From Lingula anatina (Eukaryota; Animalia; Brachiopoda), in contig CM120649.1 of assembly GCA_051362555.1 (NCBI GenBank), positions 13,950,001-14,014,000 of the forward strand: a stretch of 64,000 bases of DNA, in the 5' to 3' direction. The notes under the pieces were generated by a model. It did no database searches. It was not told the origin of the DNA and worked only from the letters and a program-made list of their open reading frames with translations. The position numbers were made by a program, and so were the translations under genes. This document shows positions 25,119 to 39,491 of this stretch, in pieces. Within the stretch, counting starts at the first letter, position 1. The number at the start of each line of letters is the position of its first letter.

Positions 25119-28100
25119 ATGGGTGCCTGTGTATCCTCGCAGACAGATTACGAATACCCAGTAAGTAAGACCGTCCCAAATATGTAACATTCTACGTGGA
25201 TTATTTATGCACTTTTATGAACTATGATGAATCAGAGCGTACCAAACCTCCATGTATGTGTAAAATAAACAGTAAATGTATCAGATGATGTATGTCTAAA
25301 ATGCACACTGCCACCGGTTGCCTTAGTGTGATGCATAAGGTGCAATAATCTTATATTTAGGCCTTGTAAAGTTTATCAGTCACAGATTTTCTATCTTCTT
25401 ATTTTCTAGGATGTCGAGTGTAACGAGAAGACATCTCTGGTGACCTACACGTACAGGTCGGGCATTGGAGACGGACAGAAAGGCAATCTGAGAAAAAATC
25501 TTACTGTCAATTGGGACTTCGTGCCAAAGGATCGTTCTAACAAACACAAACAGAAAAATACAGGTGAATTAAAGCTGCCCTGCCCGTCAAGCTTGACACG
25601 AGAAAGTGCTTTGAATTTCACTGTATATAGCACGTTTAGGGTTTTTTTTGTCTTTATTCGCTATATCAAGGTGCAAGTATATTGTTTTAACAATCTTACA
25701 ATTAGGGTGAAGTTTTCATTTTAATCTTATTAACCTTTTACGAGCAAGTATTTTAACTGAAAAATTACAACTCTTCTAAACCATTCTTCGTTATCAATCT
25801 TTTGCAAAAATGACCTTACTTCAATGTTGTTGTCATATGGCGTCGCTAATAGAAGGTACTGGAAGGTTACACAGATACACCATTGTTTTGCTCGGTGACA
25901 CTGCCTGCGCAACCTCATGACCTTGAAATTATATCTAAATAAGGAATTGTTAAGTTAAACGAACCACACAAGTAATTTCGAGCTGATGTGTAATTAATAA
26001 ATTTTGGTTTTAGTAATAACTGTCCAATGTTTTTCATAGTCCCAAATTCAAAGTAATCTTACAGATAAGCGTTTCTGAACAATGTTTTTTGCAGTGAGTA
26101 TTATTTACGAAGCAGGGGATAAAACAAATTGGTGATCCTGTGTAGCCGTTTCCCTGTTTTCACAACCGAAACGCCAGATATCCCATTCTATTAGAACTGG
26201 AAAGTAAAACGGGTGTAATTACAATTACACGCAAACAGACAACTGAAACAAAAAAAAAAAAAAAAACGTGAAAGAGTGTGACCTGTTGCAAACGAATGGC
26301 GTAATGGCAGTGAAGAAGAGTATCGATACTAGATCTATAACTATTTTGACACAGCTTTCATAAGTCGTTGCCACAAAGCTTGTTCTTTTACAGGTTTCTT
26401 TTTTTATGCTAGAACAGAGTGTAGGTTTTTTTTACTCTATCGTCAAGAAAGTATAGAATGGAAACATGGGAAAGGGAGGACGCATTTGTACTTTCTATCT
26501 TCCAAGTACTAGCTTAATGTTTTTTTCACATCTTAAAGCTGTTTTATATTACGTTTTGCTCTTATTTTTTGATTGTTAGAATGAGAATTTTTTCTAAGGA
26601 AAATTCCACAAAACCTGTGAGGATGACTAGTTTTTATTATCAGTGTAAAATTCATTTTACTAATAATTGACGTTTCTTTTTGCAGCAGTAAAGAGCATGC
26701 AGAAACTGAAATTAAAGGAGCTCAAAATTCAAGATGTCGACAGGGAGTTCAGGGTATTTGCTTACATGTACTACTTTATTACTTGTTGTCCAATGCAAAA
26801 CTATACAGTAGAGCTAGATTTATTTATAATTTAAATATCTCAAAGGAGCACGTTGGAATTCTCAAATCATTTCCACAAAAAAATCGTAAATTATGTATAT
26901 TGTGACGCCATCACTAGACCAGTCGGAGGAATCATTAACAAAATGTACAATGTTAAATCCCTGTTTGTCTGTGGGCGTTGGACGAACTGTTTTTGACCAA
27001 GGTTGTTCGGCTGTGAGCAAGTCTTGTGTAAAACAGTCATTTTGGACTGTACATTGAAAATACTGCCTATCAGCCCTATCTGTATCCTTTAAAGACATTG
27101 TCTTTAATACCGCACACACAAAAAATATTTTATGAAATCTGTCAATCCTCTGAAATGAAATAATATTACAAAATTCTAAGTTTCAATAATTGAAATTGCA
27201 TATTCAGCAAATGCATCCTTTTCGTAACATTTTCATAACAGAGTATTGATTTGTAAAAATTTAAACGTTGGCTTCAGAGTCTAGGTTGTTTTCAAATGGT
27301 ATTCTTGTCAGTTTGTCTGATTTTTTATTTTTATTTCTGACGTAGGAATCCGCGAAAGTTTATAACGATATAGTTGACAGACGGCAAGCACTGACGAACG
27401 CTCTGAACAGCCTCCGACCCTTGATGAAACACACCAACACAGAATTCAGCATCCCAGGAGTGACACGAGAGATACAGCGTCAGTTGGGTAAGTGCAAGAC
27501 ATGGGTAAGTGGGTCGATCTTCCGGACATTTTAAAAGAGTTAAAAAGAATAAAAGACACGACCAGAGAGGGGTGCTTATTTATTTACTGAGGTTTTCAAA
27601 TACAATCGATTATCTCTCGTTTTTTTCATAGACCGGCTTGGGATCTTTAAAAATGTTTGTTCAGTTGCTATTATGAAGTTGAACACATTCCTTAGTGTAA
27701 AGCTGTTGTTGAAGAGTCTGAGTTGTTGAAAACGAACGGCGTAGTTCGCAGTCTAGAAGAGCATCGCCAACAGGACAATTTTGACAATGCTAACATTTGG
27801 CGTTACCCCAAAGCCTGATCTTTTACAGTTTTTTTTGCATGCTAGAACACGAAATACGCAAAATATTATGTGAAAAACACACCAAAACAGATCATGTTCA
27901 TGTCCATCGTTATAATTATGCTTTATAAATTTAATGTCATTTCAGTTGATGTTAAGCTAAAAGTCGACATAGACAGCGGAGTGATAACTCCGACGTACGG
28001 CGGGGTGTCCGTTGGCATGAAACAGATCCTGTTCACCGTCCAAAACATTTACTCTCACATCCGGGACCTGCGTGCAGAGATTCCCTTTGCGGTCACCTTT

Positions 28101-28379
28101 TGCCAGAACGTGATCTTAGACGAGGGTCGCCTACGCGAAGTCGTGATACACGCCAACGCCGGCCCTCTTAAAGTACCACGTGCACTTCAAACTCTTGGCG
28201 CCAATATGAAGGAGTTCCTGAAGGCGCTTTCGGCGTTGTCTCAGCTTCAGGTGACCTTGGAAAACATGTTTGACGACATCAGAGAAGGACTGCTGATTCT
28301 TGGAGGCGGCGGTTCCAGCGGGAACAGAAGGGAGATTTTCATGGAGTCAACGGAGTCGGGGGTAATGGACATGGAATGA
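25119..28379 (+). CDS. Uncharacterised 279-aa alpha-helical protein with N-terminal myristoylation/palmitoylation motif (MGACVS)
   Basis: Phase-consistent GT-AG exons totalling 840 nt in frame: 25119-25160 (MGACVSSQTDYEYP), 25410-25563, 26686-26753 (AVKSMQKLKLKELKIQDVDREFR), 27346-27487 (ESAKVYNDIVDRRQALTNALNSL..), 27946-28379 (..GVMDME*). Confidence 0.75.
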
Positions 28380-28618
28380 GCTCTGAGTGGAGTGTAAAGA
28401 AAATGTTTTGAATTGTGCCAGTTGACAATCATCAATCAACAGTAAATCACATTACTTATATTGTGTGGTTGGTAATATTGTTTTCAGATTTCCAGATGTT
28501 ATATATTTGAAAGTTGAGAAGTATTTACCTCATTGAGCAAATTGAAAACGAGCTCAAAAATTGATATTTTACGGTTTATAACATTCCCCTCTTGGTGTGT
28601 ATTCACGATGGCAGAACT

Positions 28619-28659
<41 letters not shown>

Positions 28660-28689
28660 TTATAGTGCTACAAAATCATCAAATTGCCA

Positions 28690-28835
28690 AGTGTGTCATG
28701 ACATTTTGCACCTGGATTTTGGCACAGGTAAGCCATGACATTTTGAGCGTGGCTTTTGACACTTAATTTGTTGACAGGTGGGCCATGGCATTTTGAACTA
28801 AGTCTTTGACATTAAACTTGTAAACAGGTAAGCTA
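28690..28835. repeat. ~51-bp degenerate tandem repeat (about 3 units)
   Basis: Repeats of catgacattttg...acaggtaagc. Confidence 0.55.
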
Positions 28836-30051
28836 AGGTAATGACGATAACGCATATATTGTACTATGCCCGTTAATGTTTGCTTGCATTTCTTCATGTT
28901 GCTTTTTGATACAAGTTTTACATCGTTTTTATACACGCATAGACTAAAACACTGTATTTAGACGTTAATGTACTTAGCTGATCAGAGATCAAGTGACGAC
29001 AATTATTTTTGATTTTGTTGTACAAAATCACTCACGACGGTAAAGAGTTACGAAGTAAGGTGGAAAAGCAGGCATTACAAGATGAAGAGTAGTATAGCTA
29101 TTAAATGGACCTAAGAAACGTGCGTCTGTAAACGAGGTCTGGCTATGAGATAAGATCGGTAATATCCAATATTAAATCTTCGATGGGAACTGAAAAGGAG
29201 CTATGCCCACGTCATAGGACATTTAAATTTATCACGATCAAAATTGTTATCAATTTTAAGAATTTAAGAAGATACTTTCAAAAATTAACAGCAAACGAAA
29301 ACATAATATTTTGGGGAAACAAAGATATGATGTCGTATACTTATCGGAATAAGCAGTGCCATTTATCCATTACTCTCCTTTAAGCCGGAAAGTAAACTTT
29401 TAGAAATTCCATCACTCATTGATGAGTTTTTTCTTAGTGTATTTGTCAGAAAAGAGATGGGAATTTTCAGGTAATTGGCGGCAAAAACGACTACATATTG
29501 CCGCATAAATGTTGTAATTGTCTTGCGTTTCACCGGTTGTAGTCTCATTTTCAGCAATAAAGTATTGTTTTTAACCAGCAAATCCCTATCGTTTTCATTT
29601 TTGTGTCGATGTTATATTAAAATTTTACTTTGGCCAAGACAGCACAGCCTGTTTCAACACTTAACACATTGACGGTTTTTTTTTTAAATTAAACATTAGA
29701 CATGTGAATTAAAATACTAATCAAAAATCAACTACACTGAAAAAATACTAATCAAAAATCAAATACATTGAATTCGAACAGAAATTTAGACATTTGGCTA
29801 CAATATTTCCACAGGAAATCCACTTTGGCCTAACACCAAGGTATAACTAGCAGCACAAAAGCCAGTAGACGACAATTGCGAAAGTTTTGTTTTCTAAAAT
29901 GTTGAATTTTTTTACATCCTAGCTCGACCCAACTTGAGAAGTAACAAGGATCAAACCTTGATTCAGATTGCACCCTTTGCCAGCCAAAGGGGAGGTTCCC
30001 CCCCCACCCCCCTCCTCCCCACCAGGGTCTGATACCTGTGCCAGAAGACTC

Positions 30052-30250
30052 ACGCCCGTGACCAGCAATTGCAATAGGGGGTTCTTTTTCTGAAAAAAAA
30101 ATGAACATTTTACCATGAAACCTTCGTGAACCAAGATAAAATCGTGTACTTTCGTGAACCAAGATAAAATCTTACAGAAAGGGGATCTTTTGCCCCCCCC
30201 CCCTCCCCTTCCCTTTTGCCCCCCCCCCCCCCCTCCCCGGCTACGGGTCT
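30052..30250. mobile_element. Short DNA element related to 8785-8953
   Basis: cgcccgtgaccagc...ggggttcttttttctgaaaa...ccccggctacgggtct. Confidence 0.55.
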
Positions 30251-30321
30251 AAGGCTGAAATAAAATATGTGCTCTCCTGTTCACTGTCAGCAACACAAGG
30301 GTTAACATTTGGATCAAAACT

Positions 30322-32422
30322 CTACGGTATTAAACAAAAATGACTTTCTTCAACCGTCATTGTTCCTACATTTGTCTTCTTCACACTCTCCCAGTCAATC
30401 ACATTGCCTCGCACGTCGTCACTTCCGCAAGATGAGGACGCATGCGCGATCGTTTCAGAATCGAGGTACGAATCCCAAACATGGAGGTCGGCTATGCTAC
30501 CGATGAAAGATTGGCTAGCAACGAAATTTCCTCCTGGACTGTCCTGCTCTTGTCCAAGCATCGAAGTCCCACCTGTGAATAAAATGTATCAGTCTTTTTA
30601 TTGAATCGCATTATCACAGCAAACGAGAAACCAAAGCATATCCGTTCTTCTTTGAAAATCGATGATAATGCCTAACAGCAATAGACGTGATGCTTGTGCT
30701 TTTATTTGTAATGAAAAATAAATAGACTGGTATTATGTTGTACATTTTAATATATAAAGATGTGCCAATGTGTGTTTTTAATATAAGCACGTGTTTTTTT
30801 TATATACATTAAGGAATTCCTTGGTTACATGTAGCACAAAAATATTTCAAAACCTAAATAATGATCTTAAAATGTAATGAAACGTTATTTGAAAACTTAA
30901 TCTAAACGCTATGAAAATAAAAAACAACATTTCACGAGCCAACGTTCTAAAATCCGCTGGGCTCTTGTCACTGACTAACTGACTAATTGATCAACTCCAA
31001 TTTGAAATTATGCAACCTTTATTTATTCTTCTTAACAATGACAGTATGAAGAACGCTCTCTTAACGTTTGCTTACTATCTAACCAATTATATATAACCCT
31101 ATGGTAAAACGTTATCAAAACGTTCTGTGGGAGCTGGGTAACTTCACATTCAGAGAAATCTGCGATCGGTTTAATGTTTTAATAAGACTAATCCTCTCAC
31201 CTCCTTCGATGTTTCTATTAACAGCAAAGCCACTTCCATTTCGTACCATTTCACCATTGAAGAAATATGCCCAGTACCCGCCTCCTGCTGTCCACCGGAA
31301 GCAATGGTGGCTCCATCTATCGTCCGACAAGTTTGCAAAAACGTCTGTTAGATCAATTTGTGTCGCATCGTTACGAACAATTATTCTTAACTGATGCGAC
31401 TGGGAATGGTACAGCAATAGTGAGTTGGCAATGGAGGCTGTGGCATATGAAAACCACGAGCAAGATGGTGCACTGAGACAAAATGCTAACTGGAGTCGCA
31501 GGCATATTGTAAATTCGGTCATATTGGGTACTTCTGTTCCCAGTTCTACCGCTTGGCTGGTGGACTGCGGTGAAATGAACTGTAATCTTGTTCCTATAAA
31601 TAAGTAAAATTATGATGAGTCAGTGGGCTTGTATTTGAAGGTAGCCTACTCTCCATGCGTTCGAGTATCCCCCACAGTCATATTGATGGCTTTCGAAGCT
31701 TCCCAATTCAGGTTTTCAAGACAAAATCCAATTAAAAAGTTCGCCTAAAGCGAACCTATTGCCGTTATCTAAAATTCTTTTCAGCCTCGTCGGGAGAACC
31801 ATTGCTACAGGTAGGTCGCAACAGCACAGGACCGGTAAACAAAATACTAGTACCTGGCCATTTGTGTGCAAAGGAGGCAATGCACATGATGGCAGATGTC
31901 GTTCTATTTGACTGGCCAGTCATTTAAAACTACAGTATTAAATAAAAAAGGAATAATGACATCAAATCCAAGTGAAGGGACGGGCCAAGCAATAATTCTT
32001 GAGTAGAAAAAAGCTACTCTTTACCCCAGGAAGTTTCATTTTGGAGGGTAAATCCCTTAGAGAGCACCTGTAAGCTGACGCTACAGTCCTGAAGGTACCG
32101 CTAAATAGTAAAGCGACATCGGGGCGACATTGGCTTACATGTAAATGCTAGCATATATGCCTATTAGAAAGAAAATTTCAGAAAAGGCGTACGTAAAAAC
32201 TAAATCTTATAATTTTTTTTTTTATAAGATAAAGCCCATATGTGCCAATGTCTGTTTTACGAAATGAATTTTTAAGAAAGTGGGCAAAATCACCTTTGCT
32301 TATTCTTGGTCAGCATTATCAAATTATCAATAACAACTTAACAAGCACTACCAGAGCGGATGAATGTTAATGCTAGGTATCGCTTTGTTGGTGCTAAATG
32401 ACTTCTTTTGTTTACCAAAGAG

Positions 32423-32457
<35 letters not shown>

Positions 32458-33577
32458 CACAAACAGATGCATCCACAGACACACACAGATGCACATACTG
32501 TACTTACGTCCTGTCGAGGAACACGGATCGCATGTTTTCTGGAAATAGATGTAACAAACAATTAAATACATTTTAAATTATATACAAATTTTTGCCAACT
32601 TCAGCTTTTCATGCAAGCGCGTGTTCCAAAACATTTTTTTAAAAATGTTGGGTCCTTCAGCAAAGGAGCTTGGTTCAGCCAGGCGAAATGTATTATTTCT
32701 TGCCTGGAAAAGCCTTTGTATTTGTATGTCCTTAAAATCCAATTCATATTCTTATTTCCCCCTTTTACGTTTTATAAAATGCATTCATTTGCTTTATGTG
32801 GTGTTTTTAAGTTTTTCACGATAAATGACCACAAGCTCATTCTAATGACATCAAAGTTGCCCCCCCTTATACAATGGTGATAAAGGTATTATAGGAACTC
32901 TTCAAAATCTCTCGGCACTACGTGTAATCTTTGTATTTGGATTTTTCTTTTAACACTATGTTTCAAACATGACATAGGGCCTATGCATGTCATATGATGC
33001 TAGTCGAGTGCGGGGAGTTATGGATGTTCCACAAAAGATCCAACCCGACCCCTTGTAATAACATGGGCAGTTTTAAGTTTTAAAAACTTTTAAAAGCCCA
33101 AATCCTCATTTTTTTTTTTTTTTTTTTTTTGGTTTTCCTTAAAGCTTAATCCTTTAAATATGAAACAATAATAAACGCTCTTTCATATTTGAATGGTAAA
33201 TGACATGCCACGAGCTAGGCTTACAAAAAGAAGGAAATGAAAAGTACCTTCTGCCAGACCTGTAGGTGCTGGTCCGTTGATGGCGTCCGTGAAGAATTAA
33301 ACGAGCACATGGTTTGGCACGTCTTATTACGGGTATCAAAAGTGGCAAAGTGACACCTGGTATCCCGACTACAACTTGCCAGGCAGGGTATAAGGTCAAA
33401 CTTCTCTTCTGTCGTCAGGTCATTTAGGTCAAGAACAGACTCATTTTCACCTGCGGAAAAGGCAATTTGGTACGACGAGCCTCCTGTCGTCGACGTTGAG
33501 CAGTCCGATGAAGACGGCAATTCCTTGCAGGCGGTCAGGATAGTGAGAAGTTGCACGATATGAAAATGCAGTCGCAT
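30322..33577 (-). CDS. Secreted pentraxin-domain protein with N-terminal PAN/apple-like module, 334 aa
   Basis: Four exons totalling 1005 nt in frame. 33577-33248 gives the signal MRLHFHIVQLLTILTAC and CLASCSRDTRCHFATFDTRNKTCQTM. 32538-32508 is a 31-nt micro-exon. 31593-31201 gives FTICLRL..FSYAT..WSHHCFRWT..YFFNG. 30572-30322 gives LGQEQDSPGGNFVASQSFIGSIADLHVWD..GNVIDW, the canonical pentraxin Ca-binding segment. Confidence 0.9.
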
Positions 33578-34573
33578 GGTTAGATGGAGTAGTTTACGTT
33601 GGTGAAACGTATGGCACTTTTCTAATAAGTCTTTAAAATATAGTTAAGTTCTAATGCAAAAAGTGTCGAAAAAACACTCCAAAGTTCTCAAAAGAGTTCA
33701 AACATCTACAAGCGTCCAAAACCCCAATTCACTCTGCTCATAATTCTTGGAAAGCTTTTAAAACATAGCAGATTTACAACACCGTCATCCTGTGTGGTGA
33801 ATTTCCAGAATAAAAGCTTGGTAGTCCAAACTGTTTGTCGTTATCACTTAATCAAGATTTTGCTGCGAATTATTGACTGACTTGAACACCGCGATGACAT
33901 GGACAAGAAATGTGTGGACATGCTACATTTTAATTGACGTTGGCTGCATTGTGCAACAACGTAAACAGAGATATTGACATGGATTGTTACACGTCAATCA
34001 GTTTTTCTACGATATCAGGGTTTCATTAATGTTCATTATTGTATAATTAGCAGGGATTGTGATCTGATATCCGTGAATGGGTGGTATGATAAAACATAAA
34101 ATTGACTAGTGCATTAAACACCGAACAGGACAGGAGGCGATGACAGTGTTTGACCTTGCAATCGATAGGAAACAAATCAGTGCTGATGACGTTATCAATT
34201 AGTCAGGATATTGACATTAAGGTATCGAGTTAAACTATTCATTAAAAACAAATAAAGATTTTTGCTCTCAGGCAGTGTTGTTTTGAAGACCTCAGAAAGT
34301 GATATCGACCTCAGTCCAAGCCATAATTGCATGTTATTGATCGCTCACAGCGCCACAGTGGTGAGTAAAAAAAAAAAGACTTTTCATGACGTCACACACC
34401 TTGTCGTTTATCAGGAAAATAAAACCAATGTCAACTTCAGGGTGTGAAGGGGGCATTTATTATAACGATCAATGCATAACGAACATGTTTTTAATTTTTT
34501 TTCAAAATAGCATATTATAAGATTCTACTGTATCTTTTGGGAAGATCGTGCAGCTGTCTGTAATACGTTGCAA

Positions 34574-34608
<35 letters not shown>

Positions 34609-35009
34609 AGAGCAAAAGGAATATGCTTGAAAATAAAGAGCAGTCTCGGTGCTTCAATTATACATTAAGGTGTTAAAAATGAATTAGCTATGGCATTGTG
34701 AAATACAGTACCAAATATCACTTTTTCCTACAATCTCTGATGGATGCTTGGACAGAAACCCATATCATCAACCCCGTATTAAAATCATTAAAGTACGTGT
34801 TTGCTATGCTTTCAAAGGTGTCCTATTCGTCGAATGGAACATAAAAAGCACTAAAAGTCATTCCTTCCTACACGAAGTATTTCCATAGATAAACATCGAC
34901 TTTAAGGGTGATCGATATCTTTATTCTTCACGGATTTTAACAACCGCCGTTTGTCTGATAGACCTACTGCGACTGGGGGTTTATGGACGAATGCCGGTGT
35001 GACAGGAAT

Positions 35010-35970
35010 CAGGGGCGTAACCAGACCTTTAAAAATTGTACGCACAGATTTTTAAAATTCCCAGCAAAATGTAGACTATCGCAAGAGATGAAGGACAGCG
35101 TAATTACAGCATATGTACCACACATCGCAGCTTAATTTCCGTTTATAATAAAATCATTTAGTCAGAAATATTCTCGCAATTAAAAAAGTTTCAGTATTCT
35201 TATTACCCAGAACGGTATATTTATTTAAAAGTAGGCTAGCTTCGCATATGTGAAACCCCCTTCGAAAAAATGATATGGATCCACTTCTGAGTTGAACTAA
35301 CATACGGTTTCATTCACCTTACATGTGGATGCATGGCTTCCAAAAACAACCAATTGTACGACACGACAGAGCTCTGATACATCTAAGTTTAATTATTTGT
35401 TTGTAAAAATTGCCCATGTCACCCTGTTAGTTTGGAGGGGTAAGCTGGGTCAAGTCCGTGTCAAAATTCTTTGAAGCTTTGCAGGAAAAAATCTTCCTTT
35501 TGTTTCTCTAGCTCCTTCTTAAACCTGGTGTCCAGATTTTACCTAGTGCCCCCAGGGTTGCGGGAGCTGCTCTTTGAAAATAACACTCAGGCAGATTTTT
35601 ACCTGAGATAAATATCGCCAGTGAGAATGCATGCATTCGATATTCTCAAGAAAGAGGGTACAGAAGAGTTGAGCCACTGAACCCTCCAATTAAGAGGTAA
35701 AGGAAGTTCCAGTTAGATGGACGATTAAGATAGGACTTGTTAAGGTTACAGGCATTGTTTACCTCAGATTGCAAGACGGGGAGGGGGGGGGGGTCAGAAC
35801 AATTGTGCCTATACAATTGATACAGAGAATTTGTATATACAGTTGACTTTAATAACCAGAGGATTTTCTTTTATATTCCGTGAAAAATACACTAAATTTA
35901 TATATATAAAATAATATCATGGTTGGCCAAAAAGTTGTACGCACAGTGCATATGCCTAGTTACGCCCATG
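35010..35970. mobile_element. Non-autonomous DNA transposon remnant (hAT-like termini)
   Basis: Termini are caggggcgtaac and gttacgcccatg; the motif ttgtacgcacag recurs near both ends. No clear TSD. Confidence 0.55.
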
Positions 35971-36723
35971 CGGAATGGTAGTTCTAGGAATGGCAGTTCG
36001 GACTCCCATATGATCAGTACAGGTTGAGGTTTGTCGGAGTATCGGGGTTAGTATATGGGACAAATGTCACCTGTACAAAGTAATGGGGAACGGACTTCTG
36101 TCCCTAGCGGACTACCATTACTGTTACACCGGAAGACCGACTCCCCATTTCAACATAGACTATAAATTGCTGATACTTGAAGAAAACCGTCAATACCATG
36201 AACCCATGCCACCCCGGATAACACATTTGAGGGCCCCTTTTGAATATATGGGGCTTCAGAAAATGTAAACATTATTAGTCTGAATTTGTTTATTGTTTGG
36301 CAAAGTGAATATTAATGCAAATAACTTCTGATTCAAGGCCTCAGCTCATACATTAAGAATCATCCGCTAAAATATGACATTATGACAAAAATTGCATGCA
36401 AACCTATAACAAATTTATAAATTAACTGAAAACATAAGTCTATGTTATTGTGTTTCAATGCCACCTGTTCAGTAAAAGTTACTGGTTCTGAAAATTGGGA
36501 CTGAAAACGTGTCCCCCGTTTCCTCCAATCAGATCTGGCGATTAATCAAACGGGCATATTGTGCTGCTTTTGTTTACATTTTTAAAAGTATTCAAGGGAC
36601 AGCTCATAATTCATCATGCTTTCCTCTTGCTCTTTTCACACTGAACAGGAATCTCCATTATTTTTCATTGACTCTATGTGCAGAACTTCAAAATGTGAAT
36701 AGTTATGATCAAGCAAAACAAAA

Positions 36724-37965
36724 TCATGTTCGTCTTTTGCTCCTTTGGTAGGTTAACGGACTCCGCAGTTTGGGCTCTTTTGCTTTGTAGTACTCATTGA
36801 AGTCTAAGCGGAAGCTCAGGAAGCGAAGACTAACATCTGCATGACCAGCAAGCATTAGCAGGAACTTCTGAACCATGTCCTGAAAAATTGGAATAAAATA
36901 AATAAATAAATAAATAAAAATAGCAATAATCATAAAGGTGAAAGCATAGCACAATATCATCATAAATAAAATTACTCACTGTTCAGCTGGTGGCAAATAT
37001 ACTAGGGAACTAAGGAAAATGTTAACCAACAGAGATCTATAGATGGCAGTAAGCCCCTGCTAGGATCATCCTTAACTTAGATGCTTATGTTGGCCATTTC
37101 TTGATATTCATCACCAATGTGCAGGAGAACAAATTCTTAACCAGGGTGACCTAAAGGTGTCCTAAAGGGCTCCATCCATCCTTGCCTGGAATCTCTTCTG
37201 AGGTTGACGTGAAATGACCTTCCATCTTGCTCTGTTCTTTGCTTCATTTACAATATATTACATATCCTTAAGGCCTAGAAGAGGATTTAAAATGAGTTTT
37301 CCCCAGAACTCACCTGGTAGGACTGTGCCAGCACCCTGACCTGGGCTCTCATACTGGGGATATTTCTCAGAAACTCTGCTTTTCTCCTTTCTTCTGTCTG
37401 TTCATCGCTGTCTGTTAAACCCCACTCTCCCTGTAATTACAGTTACAGTGTCAATACTGGAATGAAATGTTGGCTCCTCCAGCATGAAATTTGTTACCGC
37501 CATAAAAAGAAGTTGAGATTTGTAAATGACATTTAAGACTCGATTCTATTTAAAACTGAATCATTAATGTCGTTTACGACCAGGAAGAGTAAATGATACT
37601 AGAAACCACGCTAAATTTACTAATATGAAATGCTTTCCATTTTCTTCAGTAAAATGCTTATGGTATTTGGACAAAATTCTATTCTCTTTATCATTAAGTG
37701 TGAGCCTAGATACATGTAACTGCCTTTTTTAATAGCAATCATCATCAACTTTTCTGCATAACAAATAAACCTGTTTGTCATCTTTAGCAAATTATTGCCC
37801 ATCAAAATTGCCAGACAAATTTGGCAATCATACCTTACAATTCTGATATTTCTTAAGTGGGTTCATAATCAAAAGGGCATCCCCTTTTTCTCTCTCTTTC
37901 CTTTTATCTCTTTTTCTCCCTCCTTCTCTCTTCAAACACACACGCAAGCATGCACACATTCACGT

Positions 37966-38005
<40 letters not shown>

Positions 38006-39452
38006 ACACCTTCTCTGATCTAGCGTGAGCCCTCTCCTCTGCCCTGTGCCTAGCTGTTAGCTCATCATCAGCCGCCTGGTAAAGTCTGTCCTGAATCTCT
38101 TGAAACTGGATGATCAAGTCAAAGATGGTCCGTAGCTGAGTCAGAATGGCCTGAAAAATAATACCAATAATTCTTTACAAGAAATGAAAGTAAAAAGTAC
38201 TTTAAAAAGCCCAGTTTTTTTTTTTTTTTTTGGATTATAATTTTTGTTTTGGGTTTTACAGAAATGTTAAGAAAGGTTTAATTAAAAAATAATTTTTTTG
38301 ATAAGTTTGATGGTACAAGTCCACTGTCTTTCATAAATAAATAAATAAATAAAATAATATTATAATATCCTCACCCTTGACTGCTCATCCAGCAGACATC
38401 TAGTTATGATGTTGTCAAGGAAGACTTGGTGAGCTGCTATGATATGATCTAGATCTTTGGCTTCCTTTACTTTCTGTAATAGCTCATCCCAGGAACACTC
38501 CAAAACCTATGGATATAACAGAAACATTGGTACATATTATACCAATATCTCATCCCAGGAGCATTACAATACCTAGGGACATGACAAAAGTTTTTATCCC
38601 TACACAGTATCTAATTTTAACTCCACTTTTAAGCTGAATTCATAAGTATTTTTATGTCCAGTTCTTTGCTATAGTTTCAGCTCTCAAAGGAAAACCATTT
38701 CCAATATTTGTATCTTTTATATCTGTGTTTGAATAAATTCTTATCGCATCTTATTATACCAACAGCTCATCCTAGGAGCATTCCAATACTATTACCAAAT
38801 GGTACTTAAAACCTACAATATTAGCTTACCTCAAAGTTGATATAATACTGGACTTGCTGGACAAAGTGGACCATCTCACTGCAGATCACCTGGCACTGAT
38901 GTAACAATGGTGCTAATTCTGAAAACATGTAAGCTGTTACATTATATGCAATGGTAAAATTTCATAACTCATACTGCCTGCCTTGGAAACTAACCAGACA
39001 CACAACTGACCACACATACAATGGATACTGCTAAAGCATAATGGATAATGAAAAGGTGCCATGGATACTGACCACATATATGATGGATACTGACCATACA
39101 CCATGGATACTGATGAGACACCATGGATACTGACCATGTACACAATGGATACTGACCAGGTACATAATGGATACTGTCCATGTACACAGTGGATACTGAC
39201 CACGTGCATAATGGTTACTGACCATGTACACAGTGGATACTGACCAGGTACATAATGGATACTGACCATGTACACAACGGATACTGACCACACACACCAT
39301 TGATACTGACCAGGCAGTGACCTGAACATCCTTGCGTTGGACATCTGGCCCTTCCACACCCCAGCCAGGATATACTCCATACGCTTGGCTCGCCACAGGA
39401 AGTTAAACACCCTCAGGTACATTATCATGCATTCTGGAGTGAACACCTAGGG

Positions 39453-39491
<39 letters not shown>

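Noticed and set aside
38937-39310. ORFs with repeated [11 protein letters not shown] / WSVS peptides, or a CRISPR-like array
   Set aside because: Read-through of an intronic ~21-bp minisatellite. There are no unique spacers or cas genes, and the context is eukaryotic.
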